Shown: in pieces, positions 7,782 to 17,950 of the stretch
Layout: the number at the start of each line of letters is the position of its first letter
How positions within the stretch are numbered: the stretch's first letter is position 1
Program-made: the position numbers and the translations under genes
Assembly (NCBI GenBank): GCA_003345545.1
Contig: PRDH01000038.1
Location: 1 to 36,222 of the forward strand
Direction: 5' to 3'
DNA length: 36,222 nucleotides
From: Candidatus Thorarchaeota archaeon
Lineage (GTDB): Archaea; Asgardarchaeota; Thorarchaeia; Thorarchaeales; Thorarchaeaceae
Notes under the pieces: generated by a model
What the model was told of the DNA's origin: nothing
What the model saw: the letters and a program-made list of their open reading frames with translations, nothing else
Databases searched by the model: none

Positions 7782-8120
7782 GTGACGGAGGAAAACAATG
7801 GTAAGAAACCCAGCAGTAAGAAGACTGAGAAGAAAGAACTGCGGGAAAACAACAACATGGACTGCATCTTAGTGGGTAACAAGAATGTCATGTCCTATGT
7901 ACTGGCTTGTGTAACACTGTTCAATAAAGGCGCAAAGGAAGTCGTAATAAAGGCAAGAGGACGGCTCATCAGTCGCGCTGTCGATGTCGCAGAGATCACT
8001 AGACACAGATTCATAGAGGGTCTCTTAGTCAAGCATATTGAAATTGGCACTACCCAGGTCCAGACTGATAAGGGCAGTGACCTGAATGTTTCAACCATAG
8101 ACATCACACTTGCAAAATAG
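7782..8120 (+). CDS. albA: DNA/RNA-binding protein Alba with charged N-terminal extension
   Basis: [14 protein letters not shown]...[19 protein letters not shown]...NVSTIDITL. Confidence 0.93.
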   Translation: MTEENNGKKPSSKKTEKKELRENNNMDCILVGNKNVMSYVLACVTLFNKGAKEVVIKARGRLISRAVDVAEITRHRFIEGLLVKHIEIGTTQVQTDKGSDLNVSTIDITLAK

Positions 8121-8186
8121 ATGACTTTATGTTCTCGCCCGAAGTGCAGTCTCTAGTGAGCCTTTGACACTGGCGAGGAAGAACAA

Positions 8187-8774
8187 ATGCGACTGCCGGT
8201 CTGCAACTTTGATATAGAATCGGATATGTTGTGCGCAAATTGCCAAGCTAGGCTTGAACGAGGGGAGATTACAAAATTCGACATTGAGTTCAGCAAATGG
8301 TTGCTGGACAGGGAAACGGAACATCCCAATCTTGAGAACCTGGTTGTCTTGAAAGCTGCCAAGGCAGGAGACCGCCTAATCCTCGTGGTGAAGAAGAAAA
8401 ACAAGGAGCTCTTACTCTCAGAGGAATCCTTGATTCATGAGATGACTGAGCGATTCGGAGAGCTCATTGTGATAGAGGGACCTGCAAAACTACGGACTGT
8501 GGTCAAGGAGTTCATTTCTCCAGCAAATGAAGTGGGTGTCAATAGTCTCTACTCACCAGATGGAACCAAGGAGAGCATTGTCATACTCCGAGAAGCAGAC
8601 AAGGAGAGAATCAAGTACAGTAAGGAGGAGCTTCGTTTCATCATCTCAGCTATTATGAACGAGTCCGTTCTCTTCGAATTCCAAGATGACCGAAGGAAAC
8701 TAGTGAAGGACAAAGAGAGTAAGGATGAGTTTGAACAGCGCATGAAAGAGCTAGAGAATCAGCATTCTAGGTAG
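8187..8774 (+). CDS. Archaeal NusA-like KH-domain protein with N-terminal Cys motif
   Basis: MRLPVCNFDIESDMLCANCQARLERGEIT N-terminus, P..V.GVN.LYSPDG; adjacent to alba. Confidence 0.7.
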   Translation: MRLPVCNFDIESDMLCANCQARLERGEITKFDIEFSKWLLDRETEHPNLENLVVLKAAKAGDRLILVVKKKNKELLLSEESLIHEMTERFGELIVIEGPAKLRTVVKEFISPANEVGVNSLYSPDGTKESIVILREADKERIKYSKEELRFIISAIMNESVLFEFQDDRRKLVKDKESKDEFEQRMKELENQHSR

Positions 8775-8781
8775 CTACGAG

Positions 8782-10122
8782 TCACACTCGGTTGATTGGA
8801 TGGTTCTTCATTAATTCACGTAGAACTACTGTCGCGTATGACCCCTTTCTCAGGCTGAATACGACTCGGAGACCCTCATCTATAGGCGATACATCAAGAT
8901 CATCTATCACAATCGCTGCGAGGTGGAGTCCTCCTGGTGAGTCGAGAGACCTTATGTTTGGGTTTCTGAAGTCCCGGAGTATGATGTCTTCTTCTCTCAT
9001 GAGCGCCCTGAGTGAGTCTGTCTGTGGTGTTGGCGGAAGTCGAGTCGTGTACCCAGGTACTGGTAGCGCTAGTCCATACTTCCCCTCTTCTGTCTGCTTG
9101 ATTCGTTCCTCAAATGACCGCTCAGTCACAAAGAGCCACGAATCGCGCCCTGAGTGGGGTGTGTCCAGTTCAATCATGAAGTCACCAGGTATAGGCCGGA
9201 GCAGAGATAGTCCCGCCGCAGCTCGCTGGCTGAGAAGACGGTTGAAGAGATAGGATTGGTAGGCATGCACCATCAATGTGAGAACACGTGGTGGCACCCT
9301 CTGCAGAGCACGCTCGAATTCACCAGGATGCTTGATTAGTTCAGTCAAGATGGTCCGTTCATAGTTCAGGTCTCTTGGAAAGGCGTGAATCATATTCTCC
9401 GTGGGCATGAGATCTTCAGTCAGTTTCAGTCGAACCTGCTTCAGCTCCTCTGACTCAAATGCACTCTCAGTACAAAGCATGGTTCGAACTGCATCCTCGA
9501 AGTTGCGTCTGATGAGAGATTTCCCAGCAAGATGAGTGTTGGGCCTAGTAAGTCCGAACCGTTGAACCCCAAAGTAGTTGAGCAGAGGAGTTCCTCGAAC
9601 TGCTTCCACTGCTTGAATTGCTGTGGCAGGGTCCACTTCCAGATCCTTAAGGATGATTGTGAATCTATTCCCCCAGAGGTCACCTATCTGAAGAGGATGG
9701 CGAGTGTAACAAAAATCACGAAGATCTATCCGTGAGAGTTCTAGCTTTGTCAGCTCACCTGCTGCTTGAGAGGAAACTGACATCTGTTGGACTGTAATCG
9801 CACGCTTGTCTTTCAATCCAGCATATGAAACAAGATTGCGAGGAAGCTTCAATGACGATGCGAGTATGTTTGAAACATCCATAGTCGAGATGCCCATCTT
9901 TTGAACTGTGAAGATGACATACCTCTCTTTCTCCCCTGCAATGATCCGCTCCTCGACCGGTTTCTCTTGCCAGTCTCTGAAACTGATTACTTTGCCATCA
10001 GAAGCAATCTCCTCTACTAGAAAGTCCTCATATCTCCTCTTGAGTCTGCCACCAATTCCGATGGTGTCTGTGGAATAGAGCTCCATGCCAAACGGCTTCT
10101 CAAAAGGGTGACCTTCCTTCAC
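8782..10122 (-). CDS. truD: tRNA pseudouridine(13) synthase TruD/Pus7
   Basis: EDFLVEE, YAGLKDKRAITVQ, GDLWGNRF, NYFGVQRFG, HAYQSYLFN, KGSYATVVLRE; start placed at GTG 10122. Confidence 0.95.
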   Translation of the reverse strand: MKEGHPFEKPFGMELYSTDTIGIGGRLKRRYEDFLVEEIASDGKVISFRDWQEKPVEERIIAGEKERYVIFTVQKMGISTMDVSNILASSLKLPRNLVSYAGLKDKRAITVQQMSVSSQAAGELTKLELSRIDLRDFCYTRHPLQIGDLWGNRFTIILKDLEVDPATAIQAVEAVRGTPLLNYFGVQRFGLTRPNTHLAGKSLIRRNFEDAVRTMLCTESAFESEELKQVRLKLTEDLMPTENMIHAFPRDLNYERTILTELIKHPGEFERALQRVPPRVLTLMVHAYQSYLFNRLLSQRAAAGLSLLRPIPGDFMIELDTPHSGRDSWLFVTERSFEERIKQTEEGKYGLALPVPGYTTRLPPTPQTDSLRALMREEDIILRDFRNPNIRSLDSPGGLHLAAIVIDDLDVSPIDEGLRVVFSLRKGSYATVVLRELMKNHPINRV

Positions 10123-10132
10123 CAAAATCCCT

Positions 10133-10501
10133 CTATAATAGCTTGAGATCTCCGGTGACTTTGTCCATGATTTCAGACTTTGCAGGACCAATACCCAAGA
10201 CTGTTATTGTCCCAGGAGGTAGCTCAGTCATTCCGGCATCGCGAATCAAAGCATGCGACAGTCTGTGGTTTATGGCCTCTCTTCTGAGTTCTAGGAGCTC
10301 CTCCTCAGAGGCCACCTTGACTGCAACCTTTTTCTGACCCTCTCTATACCAGGCTTGCCAGATATCTTGGTGTGCAACACGGGCATTCTCCGAGGCACTC
10401 AGCGACCCATGTGCCACTTGTACTGCCATCTTCCCTCTGCTCATGCCAAGGTCAGTTCTGACAGCAATGACCTGTTTATACTGGAATTTCCCTGTTATCA
10501 T
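10133..10501 (-). CDS. pth2: Peptidyl-tRNA hydrolase Pth2
   Basis: KQVIAVRTDLGMSRGKMAVQVAH, GQKKVAVK, DAGMTELPPGTITVLGIGP. Confidence 0.96.
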   Translation of the reverse strand: MITGKFQYKQVIAVRTDLGMSRGKMAVQVAHGSLSASENARVAHQDIWQAWYREGQKKVAVKVASEEELLELRREAINHRLSHALIRDAGMTELPPGTITVLGIGPAKSEIMDKVTGDLKLL

Positions 10502-10573
10502 CGTGGGAGCTCCGAAGCTCTTCTGAGGGGAGAGTTAAAAACGTGCCCTCGGCATGTCTGAACGGGTACAACA

Positions 10574-11767
10574 ATGGATCATGATGCTATTGTCATTGGC
10601 GCTGGACCAGCAGGTCTCTTTGCAGCGACAGAGATAGCCAAGAGAGGATTCCATGTTCGTGTGCTAGAGGAACATGAGCGTGTTGGGGAGCCTGACCATT
10701 GTGCAGGACTTCTCAGCAGGTCAGGACTCGCACGCTTAGGACTGCGAATGCCAGAAGGCATCATACAGAACACCGTATCGGGTGCGAGAATCTATTCTCC
10801 CTCGGGCAACTCCGTGACCATTGAGCGGGGAGAAAGAGAGGCCTGTGTCATCGATCGAAGACGTTTTGATGCATGGCTCGCAGATAGAGCGATAGACTTA
10901 GGAGTAGACGTCACAACCAATGTCAAGGCAACAGGATTCACTAGAGAAGGATCCTTGGTCCGGACGATTCGGCTCAAGGACAAGAATGAGTTGAGATCTA
11001 GGTGTTTTATCGTTGCCGAGGGGTCTCGTTGTCGCTTGTCAGGAAGTGTGGGACTCCCTACTGTGGAGAAGTCCAGCATGTATCCGGCATTCCAGTATGA
11101 AGTTTCAGGCGCCGATCTTGAGGGCGATATGGTGGAGATGTTCTATGGACGAAATGTTGCGCCGGGATTCTTTGCTTGGATTATACCGCTAGGAGAGAAC
11201 AGAGCTAGAGTAGGATTGGCAGCTCGAAACAAGTCAAGGACACGTCTCGATGCACTCATTGTCCATCACAAGATTCTTGCAAGGAGGTTAGAGGGAGCAA
11301 AGATTGACCGATCACTTGGGGGTATTGTACTAGTCGGGATGCCCATTGCGAAGCTAACGCATCAGAATGTCCTGGCCGTTGGTGATACTGCGGGCATAGT
11401 GAAGGCGACGACTGGTGGAGGCGTAATCCTGGGGGGAATCACGGCAAGAATAGCAGGCAAGACAGTTGCTGAAGCTCTCTCTCAAGACGCCAAAGTAGCA
11501 AGCATCAAACAATATGAGAAACAATGTAAGTCCATGGTCTTCAATGAACTACGTGCCATGTACCTGACACAGAGAGCTCTATCATCCCTGAGCGATAAGG
11601 GATTGGACTCCATCATCAAGGATGCAGCAGTACTGGGACTTCTTGATGTTGTGAAGAGCGATGGGGATATGGACCTTCAGGGGAAAGTCATAAAGAGACT
11701 AGTGACAGACCCTCGGATGATCCTAATGGGACTTAGAGCTATTAGATACATCAATCCGTTTTTATGA
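10574..11767 (+). CDS. Geranylgeranyl reductase family FAD-dependent oxidoreductase (digeranylgeranylglycerophospholipid reductase-like)
   Basis: GAGPAG Rossmann motif, PDHCAG, IDRRRFD, PGFFAWIIP, VGDTAG...TGGG. Confidence 0.88.
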   Translation: MDHDAIVIGAGPAGLFAATEIAKRGFHVRVLEEHERVGEPDHCAGLLSRSGLARLGLRMPEGIIQNTVSGARIYSPSGNSVTIERGEREACVIDRRRFDAWLADRAIDLGVDVTTNVKATGFTREGSLVRTIRLKDKNELRSRCFIVAEGSRCRLSGSVGLPTVEKSSMYPAFQYEVSGADLEGDMVEMFYGRNVAPGFFAWIIPLGENRARVGLAARNKSRTRLDALIVHHKILARRLEGAKIDRSLGGIVLVGMPIAKLTHQNVLAVGDTAGIVKATTGGGVILGGITARIAGKTVAEALSQDAKVASIKQYEKQCKSMVFNELRAMYLTQRALSSLSDKGLDSIIKDAAVLGLLDVVKSDGDMDLQGKVIKRLVTDPRMILMGLRAIRYINPFL

Positions 11768-11804
11768 ATAGGTGTCCGTCAGGAGCGGCAAGAGGTCAAG
11801 GCCT

Positions 11805-13169
11805 ATGACTAGTGTCGAAGAGTATAGCATGCTGAAAACTGCACAAGAGATGCTCAATCAGCACACTCTCTGTGACGGATGTCTAGGCCGGCAATTTGCC
11901 TGGCTGGGTACTGCAACATCGAATGAGGACCGAGGTCATTCCATCAAACTGACCCTATGCATGATTGCCGATGACCAGCTAGAGTCTGGGAACAAGGACA
12001 CAGGAAGGCATTCCATTGAAACCCTCGCTGGCAATGGTATGTTTGCTCCCGCACAGGCCATAGCGGCTCAGAACTCAATTGACTATATAGCGAGAAGCAG
12101 TTGCTATCTGTGTTCCGTTGACGGTATCTCAGTATTTGACAGAATCCCGATGATTGCTCGACGGATGGCTGAATGTGCAGACCAGATTGAGTTTGAAACT
12201 ATTCTCGCCGGATCAGTACCTTCGCCTCACTTGGTGGAGCGGCAAGATGAGATGAGTGCGACCTACTCAACTCTGCATTCGGAGACCTTGAAATCGCATT
12301 TCAACCGTCTGACAGGCATCCAAATACATGAGCTTCTGGGGAAGGAGGTGGATTTTGAGAGGCCGGATGTCGTGTTCATCTATGACATGGACAATGATGG
12401 CGTGCGGCTTCAGATCAATCCAATATTCATCTATGGGAGATACCGAAAGCTGGTCCGAGGCTTGCCTCAGAGTAGGTGGGACTGCAGGAAGTGCAAGGGA
12501 AAAGGTTGTGGTTATTGCGGAGGAACTGGAAGAAAGTACCCAGACTCGATATCTGAATATGTCGGGATACATGCGCAACGCCTTGCATCTGGCACTCACT
12601 TCAAATTCCATGCTGCGGGCAGAGAGGATGTAGATGTCCTCATGCTGGGGAACGGAAGACCCTTTGTGGTCGAGGTGACAGAGCCGCGAGTTCGGACGCC
12701 AGACCTCCAGGCGCTCGCCCAGACTATTAACAGTGAAGCGGGTGGCAGAATCGAAGTTCAGGACTTGGAGCTTACTGACAGACATCGCCTGCAGAAATTG
12801 AAAGAGAATGCATCATCGAATGTCAAGGAATATGCTGCAATCATCCAGACTGAGAATCCTGTGACTGATGATGCGATTCAGAGGGTAGTTCAGTCGTTTC
12901 AGGCTGTTGTGATTGAACAGAGAACTCCCAATCGAGTCTCTCATCGTAGAAGTGACTTGGTGAGAAAGAAACGGATTCACCAGATTCACATGACACGTGA
13001 GAGCGATGGTACTCTTCAAGCATTCTTCAAGGTCCAAGGTGGTACTTACATCAAGGAGCTCATCTCGGGAGATGCAGGAAGGACCAAGCCATCTATCGCC
13101 GAAGTACTCGGCACAGGCTGTGTGTGCAAGGAACTTAACGTCACTGCGATATACAGTGACGAGCGCTGA
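11805..13169 (+). CDS. pus10: tRNA pseudouridine(54/55) synthase Pus10
   Basis: LCDGCLGRQFA, YGRYRKLVRGLPQSRW, FHAAGREDVDVLMLGNGRPF, QRTPNRVSHRR, GGTYIKELISGD. Confidence 0.96.
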   Translation: MTSVEEYSMLKTAQEMLNQHTLCDGCLGRQFAWLGTATSNEDRGHSIKLTLCMIADDQLESGNKDTGRHSIETLAGNGMFAPAQAIAAQNSIDYIARSSCYLCSVDGISVFDRIPMIARRMAECADQIEFETILAGSVPSPHLVERQDEMSATYSTLHSETLKSHFNRLTGIQIHELLGKEVDFERPDVVFIYDMDNDGVRLQINPIFIYGRYRKLVRGLPQSRWDCRKCKGKGCGYCGGTGRKYPDSISEYVGIHAQRLASGTHFKFHAAGREDVDVLMLGNGRPFVVEVTEPRVRTPDLQALAQTINSEAGGRIEVQDLELTDRHRLQKLKENASSNVKEYAAIIQTENPVTDDAIQRVVQSFQAVVIEQRTPNRVSHRRSDLVRKKRIHQIHMTRESDGTLQAFFKVQGGTYIKELISGDAGRTKPSIAEVLGTGCVCKELNVTAIYSDER

Positions 13170-13295
13170 TGGCACTTCTCGAAAAGAGTGACTGTTGCGA
13201 AATCCTTAAGTGGTGACCCAAGAGGTCATGCTGGACCTCAAGTGCAATTCAGCTCAGGCCGAGCACCGAGAGACAATAGTTCGTAGTGATGACTT

Positions 13296-13592
13296 ATGGT
13301 AAAGAAGAGTCATGGATACCGAGTCCGTACACGTGGCCTCATGACCAAGAGAGTGCGTGAGAAGGGTGTGAGTTCACCAGACAATGTACTCGTTCAATAT
13401 GAACCAGGCCAGCGTGTGAATATCGTCATTGATTCAGCTTTCCATAAGGGTATGCCTCACAAGAGGTATCAAGGAAAGACAGGGATTGCCACTGGAGTTC
13501 GTGGGCGAGCAGTTCTTGTCGATGTTGATATAGGGAAAGCCAAGAGAAGCCTCATCATTAGACCTGAGCATCTCCGAGTCAATAAGAATTGA
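13296..13592 (+). CDS. rpl21e: 50S ribosomal protein eL21
   Basis: KSHGYRVRTR, HKGMPHKRYQGKTG, IRPEHL. Confidence 0.97.
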   Translation: MVKKSHGYRVRTRGLMTKRVREKGVSSPDNVLVQYEPGQRVNIVIDSAFHKGMPHKRYQGKTGIATGVRGRAVLVDVDIGKAKRSLIIRPEHLRVNKN

Positions 13593-13595
13593 GGG

Positions 13596-13937
13596 ATGGG
13601 AATGCCCAAGGAGATAATCAGTGAGGAAGAGATTACTCTTCCACAGGTCAAGAAAGTCTTGGCCCAGCGAGCAAAAGAGGGAGAACTATCTTTTCAGCAG
13701 TCGATAACTCTCGAACATGCTACAACGTTTTCCAGGATGGCGCCTGCAGTAGCTACAAAGGCTGTTGAAAAACTAATGGATAGCTATGGCGTCACAAGGT
13801 CCCAGGCAGTCCAGATCGTGAATATTGCTCCTACTACAGTGGAGGAATTGAAGTCTATCTTCGATACCAGACTGACGAATCTCACCGATGAGAAACTTAT
13901 CGAGATTGTAGACCTGATGGTCAAGAGCCGATCTTAG
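13596..13937 (+). CDS. rpo4: RNA polymerase subunit Rpo4 (RpoF)
   Basis: EIISEEEITLPQVKKVL...ELSFQQ..TLEHA...AVQIVNIAPTTVEELKSI; conserved rpl21e-rpoF-DUF655-ksgA order. Confidence 0.93.
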   Translation: MGMPKEIISEEEITLPQVKKVLAQRAKEGELSFQQSITLEHATTFSRMAPAVATKAVEKLMDSYGVTRSQAVQIVNIAPTTVEELKSIFDTRLTNLTDEKLIEIVDLMVKSRS

Positions 13938-14072
13938 ATAGTACAGACAGGTCTTGATTGCTCTCACAGTGGAGCCAGAAGGCGGAGGATTGCTTCTCGG
14001 TCCGATTAGTTTTTATCCGTTGCCGGAAACCTATACCACAATGTACTCTAGTATAGCCGGATGTGGTGATGG

Positions 14073-14684
14073 ATGGAAGGACAACAAAACAGGATGTTTG
14101 AGACACATGCATATATCCTGTCAGTCATTCCTCCAAAAGAGTACCTGAGGGACTCCAGACCTCGCGGCGAGCCAATAGCACAGGGTATAGGCGAGTCTCA
14201 TTTTACACTCCTCGAGATGATACCCGAGAGAGGTGTCAAGCTGAACCCCCAGGAGAGAGTCTCAATCCAACAGAACGCAAAGGGTAGGATTGACCATGTC
14301 AAGAGGCGAATACTCTACGAGGATCTTACTCCCGAGAGCGCCACCGAGCTACCTCTTGTCGTGGAGATGATTGTGACAAAACACGAGCATAGGTTTGTGC
14401 AGTTCTTCAATGAGGCAGCTCCGCTGACCACAAGGAAGCACTCACTTCAGCTGCTTCCTGGAATAGGCCAAACGCTGATGTGGGCAATTCTGGAAGAACG
14501 AAAGCGAGAACCCTTCAAGACATTTGATGACATCGCAGCAAGGACGAAACTTCAGAATCCCAAGAAGGCCGTAACAGCCAGGATAGTTGAAGAACTCCGG
14601 GAGGACGTGAAGCGCTGGCTCTTTGTGAGGCCTCCAAAACGGGACGAAGAAGAGCATGAACGAGAACGTCCACTACGGCGATAG
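14073..14684 (+). CDS. DUF655 putative RNA-binding protein
   Basis: QGIGESHFTLLE, RFVQFFNEA.PLT.RKHSLQLLPGIG HhH motif; synteny. Confidence 0.92.
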   Translation: MEGQQNRMFETHAYILSVIPPKEYLRDSRPRGEPIAQGIGESHFTLLEMIPERGVKLNPQERVSIQQNAKGRIDHVKRRILYEDLTPESATELPLVVEMIVTKHEHRFVQFFNEAAPLTTRKHSLQLLPGIGQTLMWAILEERKREPFKTFDDIAARTKLQNPKKAVTARIVEELREDVKRWLFVRPPKRDEEEHERERPLRR

Positions 14685-14694
14685 AACTGTGAAC

Positions 14695-15591
14695 ATGCAG
14701 GTGAAGTCCCTGTCTGACAATGAGATTCAATCGCTACTCAGGAAATATGGGGTGAGACCAAGCAAGAAACTCGGGCAGAGCTTTCTAAAGAGTAGAGCTG
14801 TTGCACGAGACATAGTGGCTGCTGCAGATGTCACGAAAGACGACACGGTATTAGAAATCGGAGGAGGACTCGGCATTCTCACAGAAGAGATTGCGCATAG
14901 AGCAGGTCATGTACATGTGATTGAGCTGGAGGCGGGACTTGCAAGAGCTCTCCGCGATTTGCTGAGGGAGCATGAGAATGTCACCATCGTCGAGGGTGAT
15001 GCTCTGGTGGTTGCCCTCCCGGAAACGACCAAGGTGGTTTCCAATCTCCCCTACAGCATCTCTTCAGAGATAACATTCAGGCTGTTGCGCGAGCACACAT
15101 TCAATCAGGCAGTACTCATGTATCAGAAAGAGTTTGCACTGCGGCTGCGTGCAGACCCAGGAACACAGGACTACTCACGGCTCACAATCAATATCGGGTA
15201 CCAAGCAGAAGTGGACTCTCTCATGGAGGTTCCAGCGACTATGTTCTTCCCCATGCCGGAGGTTGACTCCGTTGTAGTGAGGATGAAGCGTAGAACACAA
15301 GGGCCTCGTGCGAAGCGTGATGACGTGTTCCATTGGATGGTGACAGGCCTGTACTCATATCCGAACAAGACTCTCAGGAAGGCCCTTAGAATATGGTTTC
15401 GAAACATAGGAGTGGAAAAGAGCCTCGCTGAGGAGATTGTTCGTAGTTGTCTTGGACACCTCAAGGGTGACGACCGCTTGAGAAATATCAGTATTGAAGA
15501 CCTCGTGGTCCTTGCTGACTCGATACTTGGTTCGATAGAGGAAGGAAATATACCGGATCCAGGAGGGCTGAGAAGTGAGAGAGTATCCTGA
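14695..15591 (+). CDS. ksgA: 16S rRNA dimethyladenosine transferase KsgA/Dim1
   Basis: KKLGQSFL, VLEIGGGLGILT, VSNLPYSISS, MYQKEFA.RL, F.P.PEVDS. Confidence 0.95.
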   Translation: MQVKSLSDNEIQSLLRKYGVRPSKKLGQSFLKSRAVARDIVAAADVTKDDTVLEIGGGLGILTEEIAHRAGHVHVIELEAGLARALRDLLREHENVTIVEGDALVVALPETTKVVSNLPYSISSEITFRLLREHTFNQAVLMYQKEFALRLRADPGTQDYSRLTINIGYQAEVDSLMEVPATMFFPMPEVDSVVVRMKRRTQGPRAKRDDVFHWMVTGLYSYPNKTLRKALRIWFRNIGVEKSLAEEIVRSCLGHLKGDDRLRNISIEDLVVLADSILGSIEEGNIPDPGGLRSERVS

Positions 15592-16180
15592 AATCGATGT
15601 TTCTGATGGTGTGTACCCTCCATCAGACGACACCTACCTCCTCCTTGACGCCATCAATTTCAAGGCTGAAGACAGTGTGTTAGATGTAGGGTGTGGCGCA
15701 GGACTAGGAACCGTCATTGCTGCATGCAAGGCAAGTAGTGTTGTGGGGATTGACATATCCCTTGATGCAGCAAAGAATACAGCTGCTAACCTCAAGAGGA
15801 ACAACATGGAGCGAACTGCAGGGGTTGTTCAATCTGATCTTCTCTCTGCTATTTCCAGCAGAAGCAAGTTCTCGATTATTCTCTTCAATCCGCCTTATCT
15901 GCCTGCAGATGACAATTCCACCATGATGGACCATGCACACATAGGAGGAAAACTTGGGAGTGAACTCACACAGAAGTTCATCGGTCAGGCCTCTCGACAC
16001 CTCATCGATGGAGGAGAACTCTTTGTAGTCGTTTCAACTCTTGCAGACACGAGCACCGTGATGAAGGCATTCAGGAACTACGGATTTCAGATCGAGCGCG
16101 TCGCAGAGAAATCCTTGTTCTTCGAGAAGATACAAGTACTGAGAGGCATCTTCCGAGGACAAAAGGAAACCGTTTTATAA
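15575..16180 (+). CDS. HemK2/MTQ2-family (release-factor glutamine) methyltransferase
   Basis: VYPPSDDTYLL, VLDVGCGAG, FNPPYLP, LFFEKI. Confidence 0.9.
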   Translation: MREYPEIDVSDGVYPPSDDTYLLLDAINFKAEDSVLDVGCGAGLGTVIAACKASSVVGIDISLDAAKNTAANLKRNNMERTAGVVQSDLLSAISSRSKFSIILFNPPYLPADDNSTMMDHAHIGGKLGSELTQKFIGQASRHLIDGGELFVVVSTLADTSTVMKAFRNYGFQIERVAEKSLFFEKIQVLRGIFRGQKETVL

Positions 16181-16231
16181 CACTCCAGTGGAGGACCTTA
16201 GACAGTCTGGAAACCTGAGAGAGAACTGGCC

Positions 16232-17062
16232 ATGACAGAGAAAGAAGCAACCGAAGAGACCGCCGAGAAAGCGGCAGCAGAAGAACCAGCCGCTAAGAAG
16301 ACAACAAAGAAGACGACCAAGACTCAGAAGGAGGACTCAGCTAAGGTTGAAACTGTCGTGAGCGACAAGAGCATGGTCTATCTTGATTTCGTTGCGAAGA
16401 CAAAGGATAATGGTATTGTATACGATACGACGCTTCTCGAGGTTGCCAAGAAAGAGGGACTGTTTAGAGAGAATGACCGTTACGAACCAGCCCTTGTTGT
16501 AGTTGGTTGGAACTGGCTCCTCTCGGCAGTTGAAGAACAGCTCATTGGTATGAAGGTCGGCGAATCGAAGACTATCGAGGTCCCTCCAGAAAAAGGTGCA
16601 GGGCCCAGAGACCCCAATAAGATTAAACTGATTGCAAAAGTAAAACTTGCAAAGCAGGGTGCAAAAGGCTACAAGGGCGAAGAGATCAAGTTCGGTAATG
16701 AACGGGGCTTTGTCACTGCGGACCTTGGTCGGCGAGCCAGAGTCGATTTCAACAGCCCATTCGCTGGAAAGACCCTGATTTACGATGTCACTATCCGAGA
16801 GATTGTATCGGACGAAATCAAGAAGCTTCAGGCAGTCCTAAGACGCAGAATCCCAGGAATACCTGAGGACAGATACAGTATCACCCACAGCAAGAAGGTT
16901 GTGACCGTAGAGCTTCCGCAGGAAACTCGATATATTGAGAACATTCAGTACGGAGAGATAGGTATAGCTGCAGATATTCTGAAGGCCGCTGAAGACATTG
17001 ATGAAGTAAAGATCGTCACAACATTCAAGCGTCCAGAACGAAAGGCAGAAAATCAGACCTGA
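16232..17062 (+). CDS. Long-type archaeal FKBP peptidyl-prolyl isomerase with low-complexity N-terminal tail
   Basis: YDTT..EVAK..G, VPPEKGAG.RDP, VDFNSPFAGKTL. Confidence 0.92.
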   Translation: MTEKEATEETAEKAAAEEPAAKKTTKKTTKTQKEDSAKVETVVSDKSMVYLDFVAKTKDNGIVYDTTLLEVAKKEGLFRENDRYEPALVVVGWNWLLSAVEEQLIGMKVGESKTIEVPPEKGAGPRDPNKIKLIAKVKLAKQGAKGYKGEEIKFGNERGFVTADLGRRARVDFNSPFAGKTLIYDVTIREIVSDEIKKLQAVLRRRIPGIPEDRYSITHSKKVVTVELPQETRYIENIQYGEIGIAADILKAAEDIDEVKIVTTFKRPERKAENQT

Positions 17063-17190
17063 GTAGCAGGTTGACCGTTCTGTCTATCGATGGCAGGAAT
17101 GTTCACTGAGAAAACCTTAATAATGCTCCAAAGAACGGGTGCTTGTCACTTGTTCTCTATAACTCTTCTTCTAGATGGAGTTTGTTAGCC

Positions 17191-17829
17191 ATGGAACCTG
17201 ACGTACATCCCCCGGCTGAGTTAAGCACGGGCACTACAACAATAGGCATGATTGCAAAAGACTGCGTAGTCTTGGCAAGTGATCAGAGAGCCACAATGGG
17301 TTATCTAATCGCATCCAAGACAGCAAAGAAGATCTACAAGATCACGGACCGTATTGGTGCAACCATTGCAGGATCCGTCGCAGATGCTCAGTCAATCATG
17401 GAACTATTAGCTGCGGAGGCCAAGCTCTTTGAGATTCAGAGGGGACGACCGATTCGTGTCAAAGCATTGACACGTCTCCTAAGCAACATCATGTTCCAAG
17501 CTCGTGGAACCTACATGCTGGGAAGCCTTGTCGGAGGTTTCGATGATGAAGGACCACAGGTCTACTACACGGACTTTGTAGGATCAGTGATTCCTGACAA
17601 GTACGTGGCCAATGGTTCTGGTTCACCGGTGGCACTTGGTGTTCTGGAGGCCGAGTACAAAGAGGATCTTACAAAGAAAAAGGCCATTGAGCTGGCTGTT
17701 CGTGCCATTGCAGTTGCCATCGAGCGAGACGCCGCTACGGGCAACTCAATCTTGGTCAGCGTGATCGACAAGGATGGCTATCAAGAGATTCCAAAAGACA
17801 CCATCATGAAGATTTGGAAAGGACCATAG
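17191..17829 (+). CDS. psmB: Proteasome beta subunit
   Basis: Propeptide ending STG|TTT, ASDQRATMG, IAGSVADAQ, GSGSPVALGVLE, RDAATGN. Confidence 0.96.
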   Translation: MEPDVHPPAELSTGTTTIGMIAKDCVVLASDQRATMGYLIASKTAKKIYKITDRIGATIAGSVADAQSIMELLAAEAKLFEIQRGRPIRVKALTRLLSNIMFQARGTYMLGSLVGGFDDEGPQVYYTDFVGSVIPDKYVANGSGSPVALGVLEAEYKEDLTKKKAIELAVRAIAVAIERDAATGNSILVSVIDKDGYQEIPKDTIMKIWKGP

Positions 17830-17950
17830 TGACAGTACTTGTTGCAATCGTAGTTCACTAGTTTGCGCTACATCTCACCCGACGAAGAGTTGGGTGCAAT
17901 ATCAGGCAATATGGGGCATAAATAGGCCTAAAGTTGTGATGTGATTATCC

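Noticed and set aside
13170-13295. SRP (7S) RNA or another ncRNA between pus10 and rpl21e
   Set aside because: The gap is only ~126 nt, too short for archaeal SRP RNA, and contains a promoter-like TCCTTAAG box
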